Shown one piece after another: positions 1 through 9,956 of a stretch of DNA of 64,000 nucleotides. This stretch comes from Candidatus Latescibacterota bacterium. GTDB taxonomy: Bacteria; Latescibacterota; UBA2968. The stretch spans positions 3,136,001-3,200,000 of the forward strand of contig OZ240241.1 in NCBI GenBank assembly GCA_965198115.1, in the 5' to 3' direction. The notes below the pieces were generated by a model. The model was not told the DNA's origin. It was given only the letters and a program-made list of their open reading frames with translations, and searched no databases. How positions within the stretch are numbered: the stretch's first letter is position 1; every line of letters begins with the position of its first letter. A program made the translations under genes and the position numbers.

Positions 1-256
1 GCGGTGTCGCGCGCTGGAAGCCGGCGACGGGCGCTGGTTTTGGCGGTTTGAGGGTCCGGTGTGTGGAGGGCTCTGCGTGGCCCTTCCGGCGCGGCGCGGC
101 GGCGTTGAGTTGAGTGAGGTTCGAGCCGGTGACGTATCCATGCCGCAACGCAGAGAGTTCCGATTCGGCCGGGATACGGCACTGGTCGATCTGCCCGAGG
201 CGGCCGACGTCGAACTGGAAGCTCGCTATGGATCCCCTGAGACAGGACAAACGTAG
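1..256 (+). CDS. 3' end of a gene running in from the left edge, function unknown
   Basis: Frame open from position 2 (RCRALEAGDGRWFWRF...) to TAG at 254-256, which overlaps the next GTG start. Confidence 0.55.
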   Translation, partial: RCRALEAGDGRWFWRFEGPVCGGLCVALPARRGGVELSEVRAGDVSMPQRREFRFGRDTALVDLPEAADVELEARYGSPETGQT

Positions 257-2334
257 TGGTTTCTGTTTTTGGGACCGTGCGTACAAACACCGGCAGACCG
301 TGTAGAGGCATCCCGGTAACCAACGGTGAAGAGATCGTCTCAACCGACTCGAACGGGAAGTTCAAGATCTCCGTAGATCCGTCTTCTCATTCGTTCATAT
401 TTGTCACCCGTGCAGGGGGATTCTCCAGAGATCGATGGTTCCTTCCCATCGCTGATGCGGGCGAAACGGCAGAGTTGGAGATCTCTCCACCAGAACGGAA
501 ATCGTCGCCACATCGAACCGTTGCCATTGGGCATATAACCGACATTCATCTGGATGAGGGGTTATTCGGTATCGTCACGAAGCGGATGTTGCTCCGAGAC
601 CTGCGTGAACTCCACACACGGTGTCCCGAGTTGGATCTCGTTGTGGCTTCCGGCGACATGACAGATTCGGGGGATATCAAGAGCCTGCGGGCGTTTCGCA
701 GCGCGATCGCTACGAGTCGTATTCCAGTACTTCCGTTTTTCGGTGCCCATGACGGGAATGAAGAAGGATACATGAACGCGCCTTTCCCACATACCCGGAA
801 CTGGGAACGAGTGTTGGGACCACCGTACTATTCGGTGGAAATCGGTGGCTGGCATGTTGTCGCGTATCCTGACGAGGATTGGACCTTTGGGCAGAAGCAC
901 GCAGCGATGAAACGTCGCTGGCTCGAAGCCGATCTTGCCGGAGCCCGGGGAAGGCCCGTCTTACTGGCACAGCATTCCGCTCCCTCGGATACATGGCTCG
1001 AGTTTCTTGCCGAACACGGTGTGAAGGTTGTGCTGTTTGGGCATTTTCATGCCTCGAAGTGTTACCGTCAGAGAGGAGTGCTCGTGTATAGTACCGCACC
1101 CCTCGTGTACGGAGGGTATGACAGCACGCCGAGGGGGTTCCGCGTGATGATGCTGGGACGGAACGCGATACGCAGCCGTTATGTAGCCTTCAGCAAATCG
1201 CGCCCTCAGCAGCAGAATAAAGGAGCCCGTCTTAAGATCGCATGGCAGGCAAAAGCTCCGTCCTGTCTGTGCCGAAGCCAGCCGCTCGTCTCTGGTACGC
1301 ATGTGTATGTTCCCGTATCGGATGAAGAATACCGCGGTTCGGCAGGCATTCTCTGCCTCGATGTGGATACCGGCCGGCGGAAGTGGTTCACAAAAACAGA
1401 GGATTCGGTGCGAGGGACGCTGGCAACGTCGGGTGATCTCCTCGCTGCGGTCACCCAACCAGGGGAGCTGTACGTCTGTGACTGCTCATCCGGTAGCATC
1501 CTGTGGTCTCGTAGACTCACTGGGTACCCAGAGCGTTGGATTCATACGGGTCCCGCCGTAGCCCATGGAACGGTCATAGCGGGAACCGGCTCCGGTGGTA
1601 TTGAGGCATTTGCGTTGGAGACCGGCGAGGCGCTCTGGAGTTGGACCCATCCGAACGGAGCCCGAGACGGCTGGACCCACTACAGCAGTCCGGTAGCCGT
1701 GGGCGAGAGATTCCTGATCGTCGTTGCCCGTATAGGAGTATCCTGTCTCACGGCAAAAGACGGAACGCTCTGCTGGCACTATGATTCGCACTATGAGTAT
1801 ATGCTCGCTCCCGTAGAACTGGCTGCCGGGAGAGTCTTCGTTCCGGACAATGATAGGTTTTATGCGGTAGATCCGGGTACTGGCAAACACCTGTGGATGA
1901 GACCGACACTGGCAGGTGAGATTCTCTCCTGGGCAGCCGACGATGATCTTCTCGTCATAAACACGGCCGATGGACGGTTCTACGGCACCAGCGATTGTCG
2001 GTTGGAGCGCGTAAAGAGCGGGGTGGCTCAATTTCGCAATCCCACAACCGGCGCACCGTTGTTTGAGGTGAGTTACGGCGAGGAGCTTGCCAGCATGGTC
2101 TCATACCGCCGCGACAGTGCACATGCCCTTGCGGCACCGATTCTGTCGCAGTACGGTGTATACCTCGCCGGCTTAGATGGTCGAATCTCTGTGGTAGATC
2201 GGGGACGGGGTGACGTGGTCTCGACTATGAATGTAGACGAACCGATCGTATCGTGGACTCAGATCGATGAACATTCGCTTGTCGCATCTACGTATCCGGG
2301 CTCAGTCTTGCGTATCGATGACGCCGCGGTTTGA
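256..2334 (+). CDS. Calcineurin-like metallophosphoesterase fused to a C-terminal PQQ/BamB-type beta-propeller
   Basis: Motifs HITDIH, SGDMT, FGAHD, GHFH; repeated LDxxTGxxxW propeller motifs in the C-terminal half. Confidence 0.85.
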   Translation: MVSVFGTVRTNTGRPCRGIPVTNGEEIVSTDSNGKFKISVDPSSHSFIFVTRAGGFSRDRWFLPIADAGETAELEISPPERKSSPHRTVAIGHITDIHLDEGLFGIVTKRMLLRDLRELHTRCPELDLVVASGDMTDSGDIKSLRAFRSAIATSRIPVLPFFGAHDGNEEGYMNAPFPHTRNWERVLGPPYYSVEIGGWHVVAYPDEDWTFGQKHAAMKRRWLEADLAGARGRPVLLAQHSAPSDTWLEFLAEHGVKVVLFGHFHASKCYRQRGVLVYSTAPLVYGGYDSTPRGFRVMMLGRNAIRSRYVAFSKSRPQQQNKGARLKIAWQAKAPSCLCRSQPLVSGTHVYVPVSDEEYRGSAGILCLDVDTGRRKWFTKTEDSVRGTLATSGDLLAAVTQPGELYVCDCSSGSILWSRRLTGYPERWIHTGPAVAHGTVIAGTGSGGIEAFALETGEALWSWTHPNGARDGWTHYSSPVAVGERFLIVVARIGVSCLTAKDGTLCWHYDSHYEYMLAPVELAAGRVFVPDNDRFYAVDPGTGKHLWMRPTLAGEILSWAADDDLLVINTADGRFYGTSDCRLERVKSGVAQFRNPTTGAPLFEVSYGEELASMVSYRRDSAHALAAPILSQYGVYLAGLDGRISVVDRGRGDVVSTMNVDEPIVSWTQIDEHSLVASTYPGSVLRIDDAAV

Positions 2335-2343
2335 GGAGGACCT

Positions 2344-2508
2344 ATGATTCGAGTATCCGTAGGAGTGGGCGACCTCTCAGACAGGTACCTGAGGCGAGAA
2401 GCTCCAGCGCGTAGTTCTCATAACCGGCGAGTCTCCGCCGCTGTAGACCGGGACCGTCAGCAGCAGACAGAGGATGGTGGCATAGGTGCGCATCGCAACT
2501 CAAGATAG
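2344..2508 (+). pseudogene. Short ORF (54 aa) with a strong RBS, probably the stub of a truncated operonic gene
   Basis: GAGGAGGA RBS directly after the upstream stop; MIRVSVGVGDLSDRYLR followed by unprotein-like sequence. Confidence 0.3.
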
Positions 2509-2558
2509 GGCGGGCAAGGAGCAGGTCGCAAGGAAGGCTGAAACGACCCCTATATTAA

Positions 2559-3976
2559 GGCTCTATCCGGGTTTCTCAACGGTGAAACTATAGAATGACA
2601 AGGTCATAGATCGTTCCCTACGCTTGGTTGTGTGTGTAGGACAATCAAAGCGAAGGGGGTGCGACCTATGACCGGGAGCAGATTACTATCGAAACTGCTG
2701 AGATTCAAGGGGTTCCGTGTTGTCAGCTGGTGGTTTGAGGGGAGAAGCTGTTTCGTCATCGCCGTAAAGCCACATAAGAATGGTTGTTGTTGTCCGGAGT
2801 GCGGCCGTCGAGGTAAAATCGTCCGCACAATGCCCCATCCGCGTCGGTGGTGTGACATTCCGGTGTGCGGGTGGAGGGTCTGGCTTCTCTACCATCCTCG
2901 GGAGATTCGGTGTCCTACCCACGGTCGTGTGGTCGAGGAGATTCCGTGGGCGGAGCGGTTCTCTCGGGTGACGTATCGCTTCGAGTATGCCATGCTGCGC
3001 TACTGCCAGACCATGACGCAGAAGGCGGCGTCCGAGTTACTGCGCATCTCTGCCTCGACGCTGTCGGATCTCCTTCACCGATCCATCACGCGGCTTCGTG
3101 AAGGTCATCGTATCCGAGGGCTCAAAACCATCGGGATCGACGAGATCTCCTACGCCAAGCGTCACAGGTACGCCACGCTCGTTTACGATCTGGACCGCTC
3201 CTGCGTGGTGTGGGTTGGCCGCGGCAGGGCGCGTAAAACGATCGATCGGTTCTTCACAGAGGCTCTCAGTCCCTACCGGAGATCCAAGATCGAGTGGGCC
3301 TGCTGCGACATGAGCGAAGCTTACATCGGAGCCATCCAGGAACACTGTCCGAATGCCAAGCTGGTCCTCGATCGCTTTCACATCGTCAAGGCTCTCAATG
3401 CCGCCGTTGACGAGGTCCGTAAGGACCAGTGGCGTAAAGCTGCCCCGGATGAGCGCAAAGCCATGAAGGGCCTCCGATGGCTCCTCTACCGGCACTCAGC
3501 GACACGCTCCAGAGGGGATACTCGGACACTCAAAGCACTGGAGAAGGCGAACTACCGAATCTATAGAGCCTGGAGACTCAAGGACGAGTTCGAGCAGTTC
3601 TGGGAATACAAAGCGCCCTGGGCTGCCGAACGCTTCCTGAAATGCTGGACGACGTCCGCACTCAGAAGTCGACTTGAACCCCTGCGAAAGTTCGTCAGGA
3701 CCCTGCGACAGCACTTCTTCGGCGTCCTCGCATTCGTGAACACGCGTCTTACCAACGCCATCGCCGAAGGCCTCAACCGAATCGTCCAAATCGTCAAGAA
3801 CCGAGCCAGCGGATTCCGCACACTCGACGCATTACGATATGATCTTCCTTACCGTCGGAGACATAAACATCCCTGAGCAGATTCCGAAGAGGTTCCGCAC
3901 ACTCTAACCGCGCCCCCATGCCAGGAACCACGGCACCTTCACCCACTTCATCTCGTTGAGAGATCCGGATATAGCC
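2559..3976 (+). mobile_element. ISL3-family IS, copy 1 (1418 bp)
   Basis: Terminal IRs GGCTCTATCCGG...CCGGATATAGCC; 8-bp TSD TATATTAA at 2551-2558 and 3977-3984. Confidence 0.95.
2668..3876 (+). CDS. ISL3 transposase with the C-terminus altered by a 2-bp deletion near 3833
   Basis: CPECG zinc finger, GIDEIS, CCDMS, DRFHIV, NAIAEGLN; GACGCATTACG here versus GACGCATTCAACG in copies 3-5. Confidence 0.9.
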   Translation: MTGSRLLSKLLRFKGFRVVSWWFEGRSCFVIAVKPHKNGCCCPECGRRGKIVRTMPHPRRWCDIPVCGWRVWLLYHPREIRCPTHGRVVEEIPWAERFSRVTYRFEYAMLRYCQTMTQKAASELLRISASTLSDLLHRSITRLREGHRIRGLKTIGIDEISYAKRHRYATLVYDLDRSCVVWVGRGRARKTIDRFFTEALSPYRRSKIEWACCDMSEAYIGAIQEHCPNAKLVLDRFHIVKALNAAVDEVRKDQWRKAAPDERKAMKGLRWLLYRHSATRSRGDTRTLKALEKANYRIYRAWRLKDEFEQFWEYKAPWAAERFLKCWTTSALRSRLEPLRKFVRTLRQHFFGVLAFVNTRLTNAIAEGLNRIVQIVKNRASGFRTLDALRYDLPYRRRHKHP

Positions 3977-3985
3977 TATATTAAG

Positions 3986-5403
3986 GGCTCTATCCGGGTT
4001 TCTCAACGGTGAAACTATAGAATGACAAGGTCATAGATCGTTCCCTACGCTTGGTTGTGTGTGTAGGACAATCAAAGCGAAGGGGGTGCGACCTATGACC
4101 GGGAGCAGATTACTATCGAAACTGCTGAGATTCAAGGGGTTCCGTGTTGTCAGCTGGTGGTTTGAGGGGAGAAGCTGTTTCGTCATCGCCGTAAAGCCAC
4201 ATAAGAATGGTTGTTGTTGTCCGGAGTGCGGCCGTCGAGGTAAAATCGTCCGCACAATGCCCCATCCGCGTCGGTGGCGTGACATTCCGGTGTGCGGGTG
4301 GAGGGTCTGGCTTCTCTACCATCCTCGGGAGATTCGGTGTCCTACCCACGGTCGTGTGGTCGAGGAGATTCCGTGGGCGGAGCGGTTCTCTCGGGTGACG
4401 TATCGCTTCGAGTATGCCATGCTGCGCTACTGCCAGACCATGACGCAGAAGGCGGCGTCCGAGTTGCTGCGCATCTCTGCCTCGACGCTGTCGGATCTCC
4501 TTCACCGATCCATCACGCGGCTTCGTGAAGGTCATCGTATCCGAGGGCTCAAAACCATCGGGATCGACGAGATCTCCTACGCCAAGCGTCACAGGTACGC
4601 CACGCTCGTTTACGATCTGGACCGCTCCTGCGTGGTGTGGGTTGGCCGCGGCAGGGCGCGTAAAACGATCGATCGGTTCTTCACAGAGGCTCTCAGTCCC
4701 TACCGGAGATCCAAGATCGAGTGGGCCTGCTGCGACATGAGCGAAGCTTACATCGGAGCCATCCAGGAACACTGTCCGAATGCCAAGCTGGTCCTCGATC
4801 GCTTTCACATCGTCAAGGCTCTCAATGCCGCCGTTGACGAGGTCCGTAAGGACCAGTGGCGTAAAGCTGCCCCGGATGAGCGCAAAGCCATGAAGGGCCT
4901 CCGATGGCTCCTCTACCGGCACTCAGCGACACGCTCCAGAGGGGATACTCGGACACTCAAAGCACTGGAGAAGGCGAACTACCGAATCTATAGAGCCTGG
5001 AGACTCAAGGACGAGTTCGAGCAGTTCTGGGAATACAAAGCGCCCTGGGCTGCCGAACGCTTCCTGAAATGCTGGACGACGTCCGCACTCAGAAGTCGAC
5101 TTGAACCCCTGCGAAAGTTCGTCAGGACCCTGCGACAGCACTTCTTCGGCGTCCTCGCATTCGTGAACACGCGTCTTACCAACGCCATCGCCGAAGGCCT
5201 CAACCGAATCGTCCAAATCGTCAAGAACCGAGCCAGCGGATTCCGCACACTCGACGCATTACGATATGATCTTCCTTACCGTCGGAGACATAAACATCCC
5301 TGAGCAGATTCCGAAGAGGTTCCGCACACTCTAACCGCGCCCCCATGCCAGGAACCACGGCACCTTCACCCACTTCATCTCGTTGAGAGATCCGGATATA
5401 GCC
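3986..5403 (+). mobile_element. ISL3-family IS, copy 2 (1418 bp), tandem with copy 1
   Basis: Same IRs; TSD ATATTAAG at 3978-3985 and 5404-5411. Confidence 0.95.
4095..5303 (+). CDS. ISL3 transposase with the same 2-bp C-terminal deletion
   Basis: Near-identical to copy 1. Confidence 0.9.
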   Translation: MTGSRLLSKLLRFKGFRVVSWWFEGRSCFVIAVKPHKNGCCCPECGRRGKIVRTMPHPRRWRDIPVCGWRVWLLYHPREIRCPTHGRVVEEIPWAERFSRVTYRFEYAMLRYCQTMTQKAASELLRISASTLSDLLHRSITRLREGHRIRGLKTIGIDEISYAKRHRYATLVYDLDRSCVVWVGRGRARKTIDRFFTEALSPYRRSKIEWACCDMSEAYIGAIQEHCPNAKLVLDRFHIVKALNAAVDEVRKDQWRKAAPDERKAMKGLRWLLYRHSATRSRGDTRTLKALEKANYRIYRAWRLKDEFEQFWEYKAPWAAERFLKCWTTSALRSRLEPLRKFVRTLRQHFFGVLAFVNTRLTNAIAEGLNRIVQIVKNRASGFRTLDALRYDLPYRRRHKHP

Positions 5404-5612
5404 ATATTAAGGACCGCCCCGCCGGCGTGTGCCAGCGGGGCCCGTTTATTGTCCATAATGGGGCTTTAAGACAACACAATCTGGCAGCCGTTGCGTCCCT
5501 AGGAGGTGTTGGGAGCCTGATTTTGCGACGCTTCGGTTAACGGACAGCCAGCTACGACGCCTGCCGTGCCGAAGGCCTGGGGCGCGGCTAGCGTCTTTTG
5601 CCGAGACCACTG

Positions 5613-5954
5613 CTACTTCCCTTGCTCTTCCTCACGGAACTGGTCCATTTGGCTTTCGAGGCCGATGGCACGATCAACGGGAATCACGAAGGCGATGCCG
5701 GTGCCCGGTTTCTGGAACTCACCGGCGCGGTTTATGGCCTTCAGAACGGGATCGACGAAAACTTCCGTCAGCAGGAACAAGAGCAAGTCCGATTGGGCTT
5801 CGAGCGCCAAGCCAAAGAACGTCTTCGCTTCGTGCACTCCGACACCGCGCGCGGGAATGATGGTCGCGCCGGTCGCGCCGGCGGCCTTGGCCGCATCGAT
5901 GACGTTGTCGGTGTGGTCGGGTTTCACGATGGAGACGATGAGGTAGAACTTCAT
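5613..5954 (-). CDS. P-II family nitrogen-regulatory-like protein
   Basis: 113 aa, MKFYLIVSIVKPD...AGATGATIIPARGVG...GTGIAFVIPV; RBS AGGAGGAG. Confidence 0.9.
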   Translation of the reverse strand: MKFYLIVSIVKPDHTDNVIDAAKAAGATGATIIPARGVGVHEAKTFFGLALEAQSDLLLFLLTEVFVDPVLKAINRAGEFQKPGTGIAFVIPVDRAIGLESQMDQFREEEQGK

Positions 5955-5986
5955 TGCGAATCTCCTCCTTCCTGATTCACATACGA

Positions 5987-6775
5987 CTATCCCGGCTTCG
6001 GGGACCGGGAACGTCGTCTCCGGGACATCAGCGTGGCCAGTTGCCCGTAGCCCAGGACCGCCATGATCGGAAACAGCGAGGCGAAAGCGATGAGGCCGAA
6101 CCCGTCGAGTGCCGGGTTCCTGCCGGGAATCGTGGCCGCCAGCCCCAGGCCCAGGGCGGTTACCAGCGGCACGGTTACGGTCGAGGTGGTGACCCCTCCG
6201 CAATCGTAAGCCAGCGGGACCAGGTTTTTCGGTGCGAAGGTGGTCTGCACGATAATGATGAGGTAGCCGGCGGCCATGAACCCGTGCAGCGTCGTACCGG
6301 AAACGATGCGTAGGACGCCGAGCGCAACTCCGACGCCTACGCCGATTCCAACGGCGACCCGCAGCCTCCGCTGCCGGACGGCGCCAGCAGACACTGTCTC
6401 GGCCTTCAGGGCTACGGCGATGAGCGCCGGTTCCGCGACCGTGGTGGCGAAGCCGAGGAGGGCGGCGAACACGTAGATCGCGAAATAGGCGCTCCACGGC
6501 GGATCCTGCGGAACCACCTCCGTGCCGAAAACGAACGCCGGGTCGGACAGTTGCTGGGCCATCGCCCGGCCCAGGGGGAAGAGCGCACCCTCCAGTCCGA
6601 TCAGGAAGAGGGCGAGGCCCGCCAAGACACAGAACCCACCGGCGAACAGGCGTCGCAGGTGCGGAATCGGCCGCCGGAGCACGAAGAGCTGGAACACCAC
6701 CAGGACGGCGACGATCGGCAGCAGGTCACGAGCCATCGTGAGCAGTGTGTGTCCCATGTCCGCAAACAGCAGCAT
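5987..6775 (-). CDS. DUF1538 family membrane protein
   Basis: GLEGALFPLG, GFATTVAEPAL, AYDCGGVTTSTVTVP, DGFGLIAFASL. Confidence 0.88.
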   Translation of the reverse strand: MLLFADMGHTLLTMARDLLPIVAVLVVFQLFVLRRPIPHLRRLFAGGFCVLAGLALFLIGLEGALFPLGRAMAQQLSDPAFVFGTEVVPQDPPWSAYFAIYVFAALLGFATTVAEPALIAVALKAETVSAGAVRQRRLRVAVGIGVGVGVALGVLRIVSGTTLHGFMAAGYLIIIVQTTFAPKNLVPLAYDCGGVTTSTVTVPLVTALGLGLAATIPGRNPALDGFGLIAFASLFPIMAVLGYGQLATLMSRRRRSRSPKPG

Positions 6776-6777
6776 CG

Positions 6778-7581
6778 TCACCCTCCTGCTCCCAGTCCGA
6801 AAACAAGCATCCCGTAACCGAGTACGAAGAGAATGGGCAAGAGCGAAGCGAAGGCGATGAGGCCGAAACCGTCGATCAACGGGGTGCGGTTGCGGATGGC
6901 CGAGGCTAGCCCGATGCCAAGCGCCGTCACCAAGGGAACGGTCACCGTCGACGTGGTCACACCGCCCGTGTCGTAAGCGATACCGACGATTTCCTGCGGT
7001 GCCACCAGGGTCAGCAAGACGACGAGGATGTAGCCGCTCATGATGATCAGGTGGATGGGCCAGCCGAGGAGGATGCGCACTACGCCCAGGGACACCGCGA
7101 CGCCGACGGAGACGGCAACCGTGAACCGCATCCCGAGGGCGTAGCGACCCGTGGTGCCCGCCTCGATCAGACCGGCATCCGTGGCGACCTCGGCCGCCTC
7201 CTGTGTGACGGCGATCAGCGCCGGCTCTGCCGCCGTGGTGGCGAAGCCGAGCACGAATCCGAACGCCAGGAGCCAGAACGCGCTGCCTTTGCGAGCGAAC
7301 TCGTTGGCCATTGATTCGCCGAGCGGAAACAGTGCCAGCTCGAGGCCTTCGACAAACAGGGCCAGGCCGGCGATCACGGCGCACATGCCGATCAGAACGT
7401 CGAGAAAATCAGGGAGCGGTTGGCGGAGCACGGCGAGTTGAAAGACGGCGATGAGGAGGAACACTGGCAGGAGATCCCGCCCCGCCTCCCTGACCCTGCG
7501 GGCGACAATCGCCCGCAGGGTCCGCCCGGGTCCACCCCGAACCTCGCTACCGGCGTCGGAAGTGGCTGGCGGTTGCTTCAT
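6778..7581 (-). CDS. DUF1538 family membrane protein (paralog)
   Basis: GLELALFPLG, GFATTAAEPAL, AYDTGGVTTSTVTVP. Confidence 0.88.
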   Translation of the reverse strand: MKQPPATSDAGSEVRGGPGRTLRAIVARRVREAGRDLLPVFLLIAVFQLAVLRQPLPDFLDVLIGMCAVIAGLALFVEGLELALFPLGESMANEFARKGSAFWLLAFGFVLGFATTAAEPALIAVTQEAAEVATDAGLIEAGTTGRYALGMRFTVAVSVGVAVSLGVVRILLGWPIHLIIMSGYILVVLLTLVAPQEIVGIAYDTGGVTTSTVTVPLVTALGIGLASAIRNRTPLIDGFGLIAFASLLPILFVLGYGMLVFGLGAGG

Positions 7582-7796
7582 CGGCGGATGTATAGGGTGC
7601 TAGCGCAACCCTCCCATGAGTATGATGTCAGCCTCGTGCGGTATCTGCAAAGAGTCTGCCTGTCCAAATTTTCCGTCCACCTTCAAGGGGAAGCTGGTAG
7701 CTCTCACGCTGCCATACGTTACGCTGTTCCACGATCAGAGGCGGGTATCGGCGAGCCATCGCTCAATCTCGGCGTCCAGGTGGACAGTGAGGGTCC

Positions 7797-9806
7797 TCAA
7801 CCCCCGTGGACGTAGTGGCCGCCATCTGGGAACCAGATCAGGTCTACGACGCACGCACACGCGACGGCGAAGACGAACCCGACGATCATGCCATAACAGC
7901 AGGGCTTCGCTTTTCGGTACAGCCCAATACCACCCAGACGTAGGATCATCACCTTCGCCAACCACACGATGAAAATGCCGACCGTGTTGACCCGAACGGG
8001 ACTGTCGAACATCATCAGCAACCCGATCGGGTGCCACGGCCACCACGTCACACGCGCCTGAAGCAGAGTGGCCGCGCCCGCGGCACCCATGCCGACCAGC
8101 CACACAGCAATCTTCCCGGGGTCCGGCACGGTGCGTGGTCCGGCGATGACGGTTGCGATCCCGTTGTACATCCCCCGAGGCGCTCCCAGGAGCGACCAGG
8201 TGTTGAAGGTCGCGCCGCCTTCCTGATAGCACAGGTGAATCGTGTAGCCAGCTCCCGCGAGGAGACCTGTCAATGTCGCCATTGCGATGAATCGCGTCAC
8301 CGTGTTTTTCCGCCCGATCATTCGCTCGACGTGCGGAAGGGCGGGAGGCAGTCGCCAGCCCGCAAGCAATCGCCATCTGGCAACGCCCGAACCGACGAGC
8401 GAGGCGTCGCTCAAGGCAATCGTGCCTGTCCACATCGTGGGGATTTCGGTGACCCCGATCGGGTTCGGGCTCGTGGCCGTGGTCCCGAATTTGGGGAAGA
8501 GGTAGGCGAACCCGCTCGCCGACAAGAATTTCATGACGAGGAAAATGCTCGCCCAGAACAACACGATCCAAACGGCGGCGAGCCAGAGCTCAAGACCGGC
8601 GGCGTAGAGCCAGAAAGTCATGAACGTGCCCCCGGCCGCGATAGCCAGGAGCGCACCCCGGGGCGTGAGGAAGACCGTGTGGCCGGGCTCTCCTTCACGC
8701 GCTTGACGCCAGATGCGGCGGAGATGTCCGCGCGCCGTCCAGAACGACCAGATGACCAGCCCGATCATCACCCCGTGAATGAAGAGACCCGTGATCTCGG
8801 TGGGGTTGGCCTCCTGTCCCGCGAGGCCGACGGAGAAGCCGACCCGCCCCATCGCGTATTGAGCCACCAGGCCGACCAGGTACAGCGACCAGATGCTGAA
8901 CAGGATGTTCACATCGCAAAGGAACGTGAACCCCATCACCGTAGGGAGCAGACGATACGAGAATTCGCGCACATAGCGTGAAATGATGATGGCGCGCATC
9001 CCGAACCGACTGTGGAAGGGATCGAAGATCGCGATGCGTGGAAACGCGGTGACGAAATACTCGATGATATTCCACATCAGGGGGAATGCGGCGATCGAGA
9101 ACCCGAGCCAGAAGATTCGGTTCTTCAGGAAGGGTGGCCAGCCGCGCTCACGGTCGAATCCGGCGGTCAACGCAATCGGTACTTCGGCAAGCGGGTAGGT
9201 GAGCCGCTCGTGATCCGCCCAGTGACGTTGGAAGATAGCGGTGACGCCGACCCCGATGCTCATCATCGCCAGCCCGGATGTGCACGCCCAGAAAATCGGC
9301 GTGATCCACGCAGGCCACAGGAAGCCAGGATCGTTGGTTCCGAGATAAAAATGTTCCTCGACCCCGGGCAGATTGGTCGGGTACATCCACCACGGGAGAT
9401 GATCGAAGAAGAGCTCAGCCCAGCGGTTTTCCGGAGACGCGTAGTAGCGAGGCGCGACCATCGTGCCGACCCACTGCGTCGCCCAGTTGTAGCCGGCGAA
9501 AGAGCCGCCCACCCACAGGACGGAGAGCAGTGTGCGGAGCTCAGAACTCGTGAGGGAAGCGGATGGAAGAAACCGCTTGAGAAGGACGTTGATACCCAGC
9601 CCGACGACGAAGGGAATCAGGACCACCAGCGGAAGGTTGGACATCGCCAGGTGGGCCGAGCGCGTCTTGAATTCAAGGTAGGTGGCGAGGACGCACGATC
9701 CGACCAGCGCGGCGAAGGCCAGGAGCACCACCGGCGAACGCACGCGATCGCGAGCACCCGGATCAACCTGCTCCTGTTGATCGGCGATGTCGGTAGCGAG
9801 ACTCAA
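7797..9806 (-). CDS. Polytopic membrane protein, DUF6785/DUF6784-like (OPT peptide-transporter related)
   Basis: Many TM helices; HWADHERLTYPLAEVP, WWPWHPIG, ILRLGGIGLYRKAKP. Confidence 0.75.
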   Translation of the reverse strand: MSLATDIADQQEQVDPGARDRVRSPVVLLAFAALVGSCVLATYLEFKTRSAHLAMSNLPLVVLIPFVVGLGINVLLKRFLPSASLTSSELRTLLSVLWVGGSFAGYNWATQWVGTMVAPRYYASPENRWAELFFDHLPWWMYPTNLPGVEEHFYLGTNDPGFLWPAWITPIFWACTSGLAMMSIGVGVTAIFQRHWADHERLTYPLAEVPIALTAGFDRERGWPPFLKNRIFWLGFSIAAFPLMWNIIEYFVTAFPRIAIFDPFHSRFGMRAIIISRYVREFSYRLLPTVMGFTFLCDVNILFSIWSLYLVGLVAQYAMGRVGFSVGLAGQEANPTEITGLFIHGVMIGLVIWSFWTARGHLRRIWRQAREGEPGHTVFLTPRGALLAIAAGGTFMTFWLYAAGLELWLAAVWIVLFWASIFLVMKFLSASGFAYLFPKFGTTATSPNPIGVTEIPTMWTGTIALSDASLVGSGVARWRLLAGWRLPPALPHVERMIGRKNTVTRFIAMATLTGLLAGAGYTIHLCYQEGGATFNTWSLLGAPRGMYNGIATVIAGPRTVPDPGKIAVWLVGMGAAGAATLLQARVTWWPWHPIGLLMMFDSPVRVNTVGIFIVWLAKVMILRLGGIGLYRKAKPCCYGMIVGFVFAVACACVVDLIWFPDGGHYVHGG

Positions 9807-9891
9807 GACGGGCGTTTCTCGGGATTTCGACCGGGATGCTAACCGGCGTTGGCGGTCGGGCCACGCCGCCTTTTCTGACTTCTGACGCCTG

Positions 9892-9922
9892 CCCGCCGGA
9901 GCCGCACCGCGGCGAAGGTGGG
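9892..9922. repeat. REP-like imperfect palindrome inside a short heptamer run
   Basis: CCCGCCGGAGCCGCACCGCGGCGAAGGTGGG flanked by TTCTGAC TTCTGAC GCCTG and ACTGAC GCCTGAG. Confidence 0.4.
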
Positions 9923-9956
9923 ACTGACGCCTGAGAACTGCGGCCGCTAGGCCGCC

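Noticed and set aside
2513-2550. Tn3-like inverted repeat (minus strand GGGGTCGTTTCAG)
   Set aside because: Lacks the internal TAAG end, has no partner IR and no Tn3 genes are nearby
3953-3990. Hybrid promoter at the ISL3 IRR junction (TTGAGA plus AT-rich TSD)
   Set aside because: Spacing and -10 match are poor (TATTAA at 17 nt); not supportable
2559-5403. ISL3 dimer as a composite transposon or an assembly duplication
   Set aside because: No cargo lies between the copies, and each copy has its own distinct TSD
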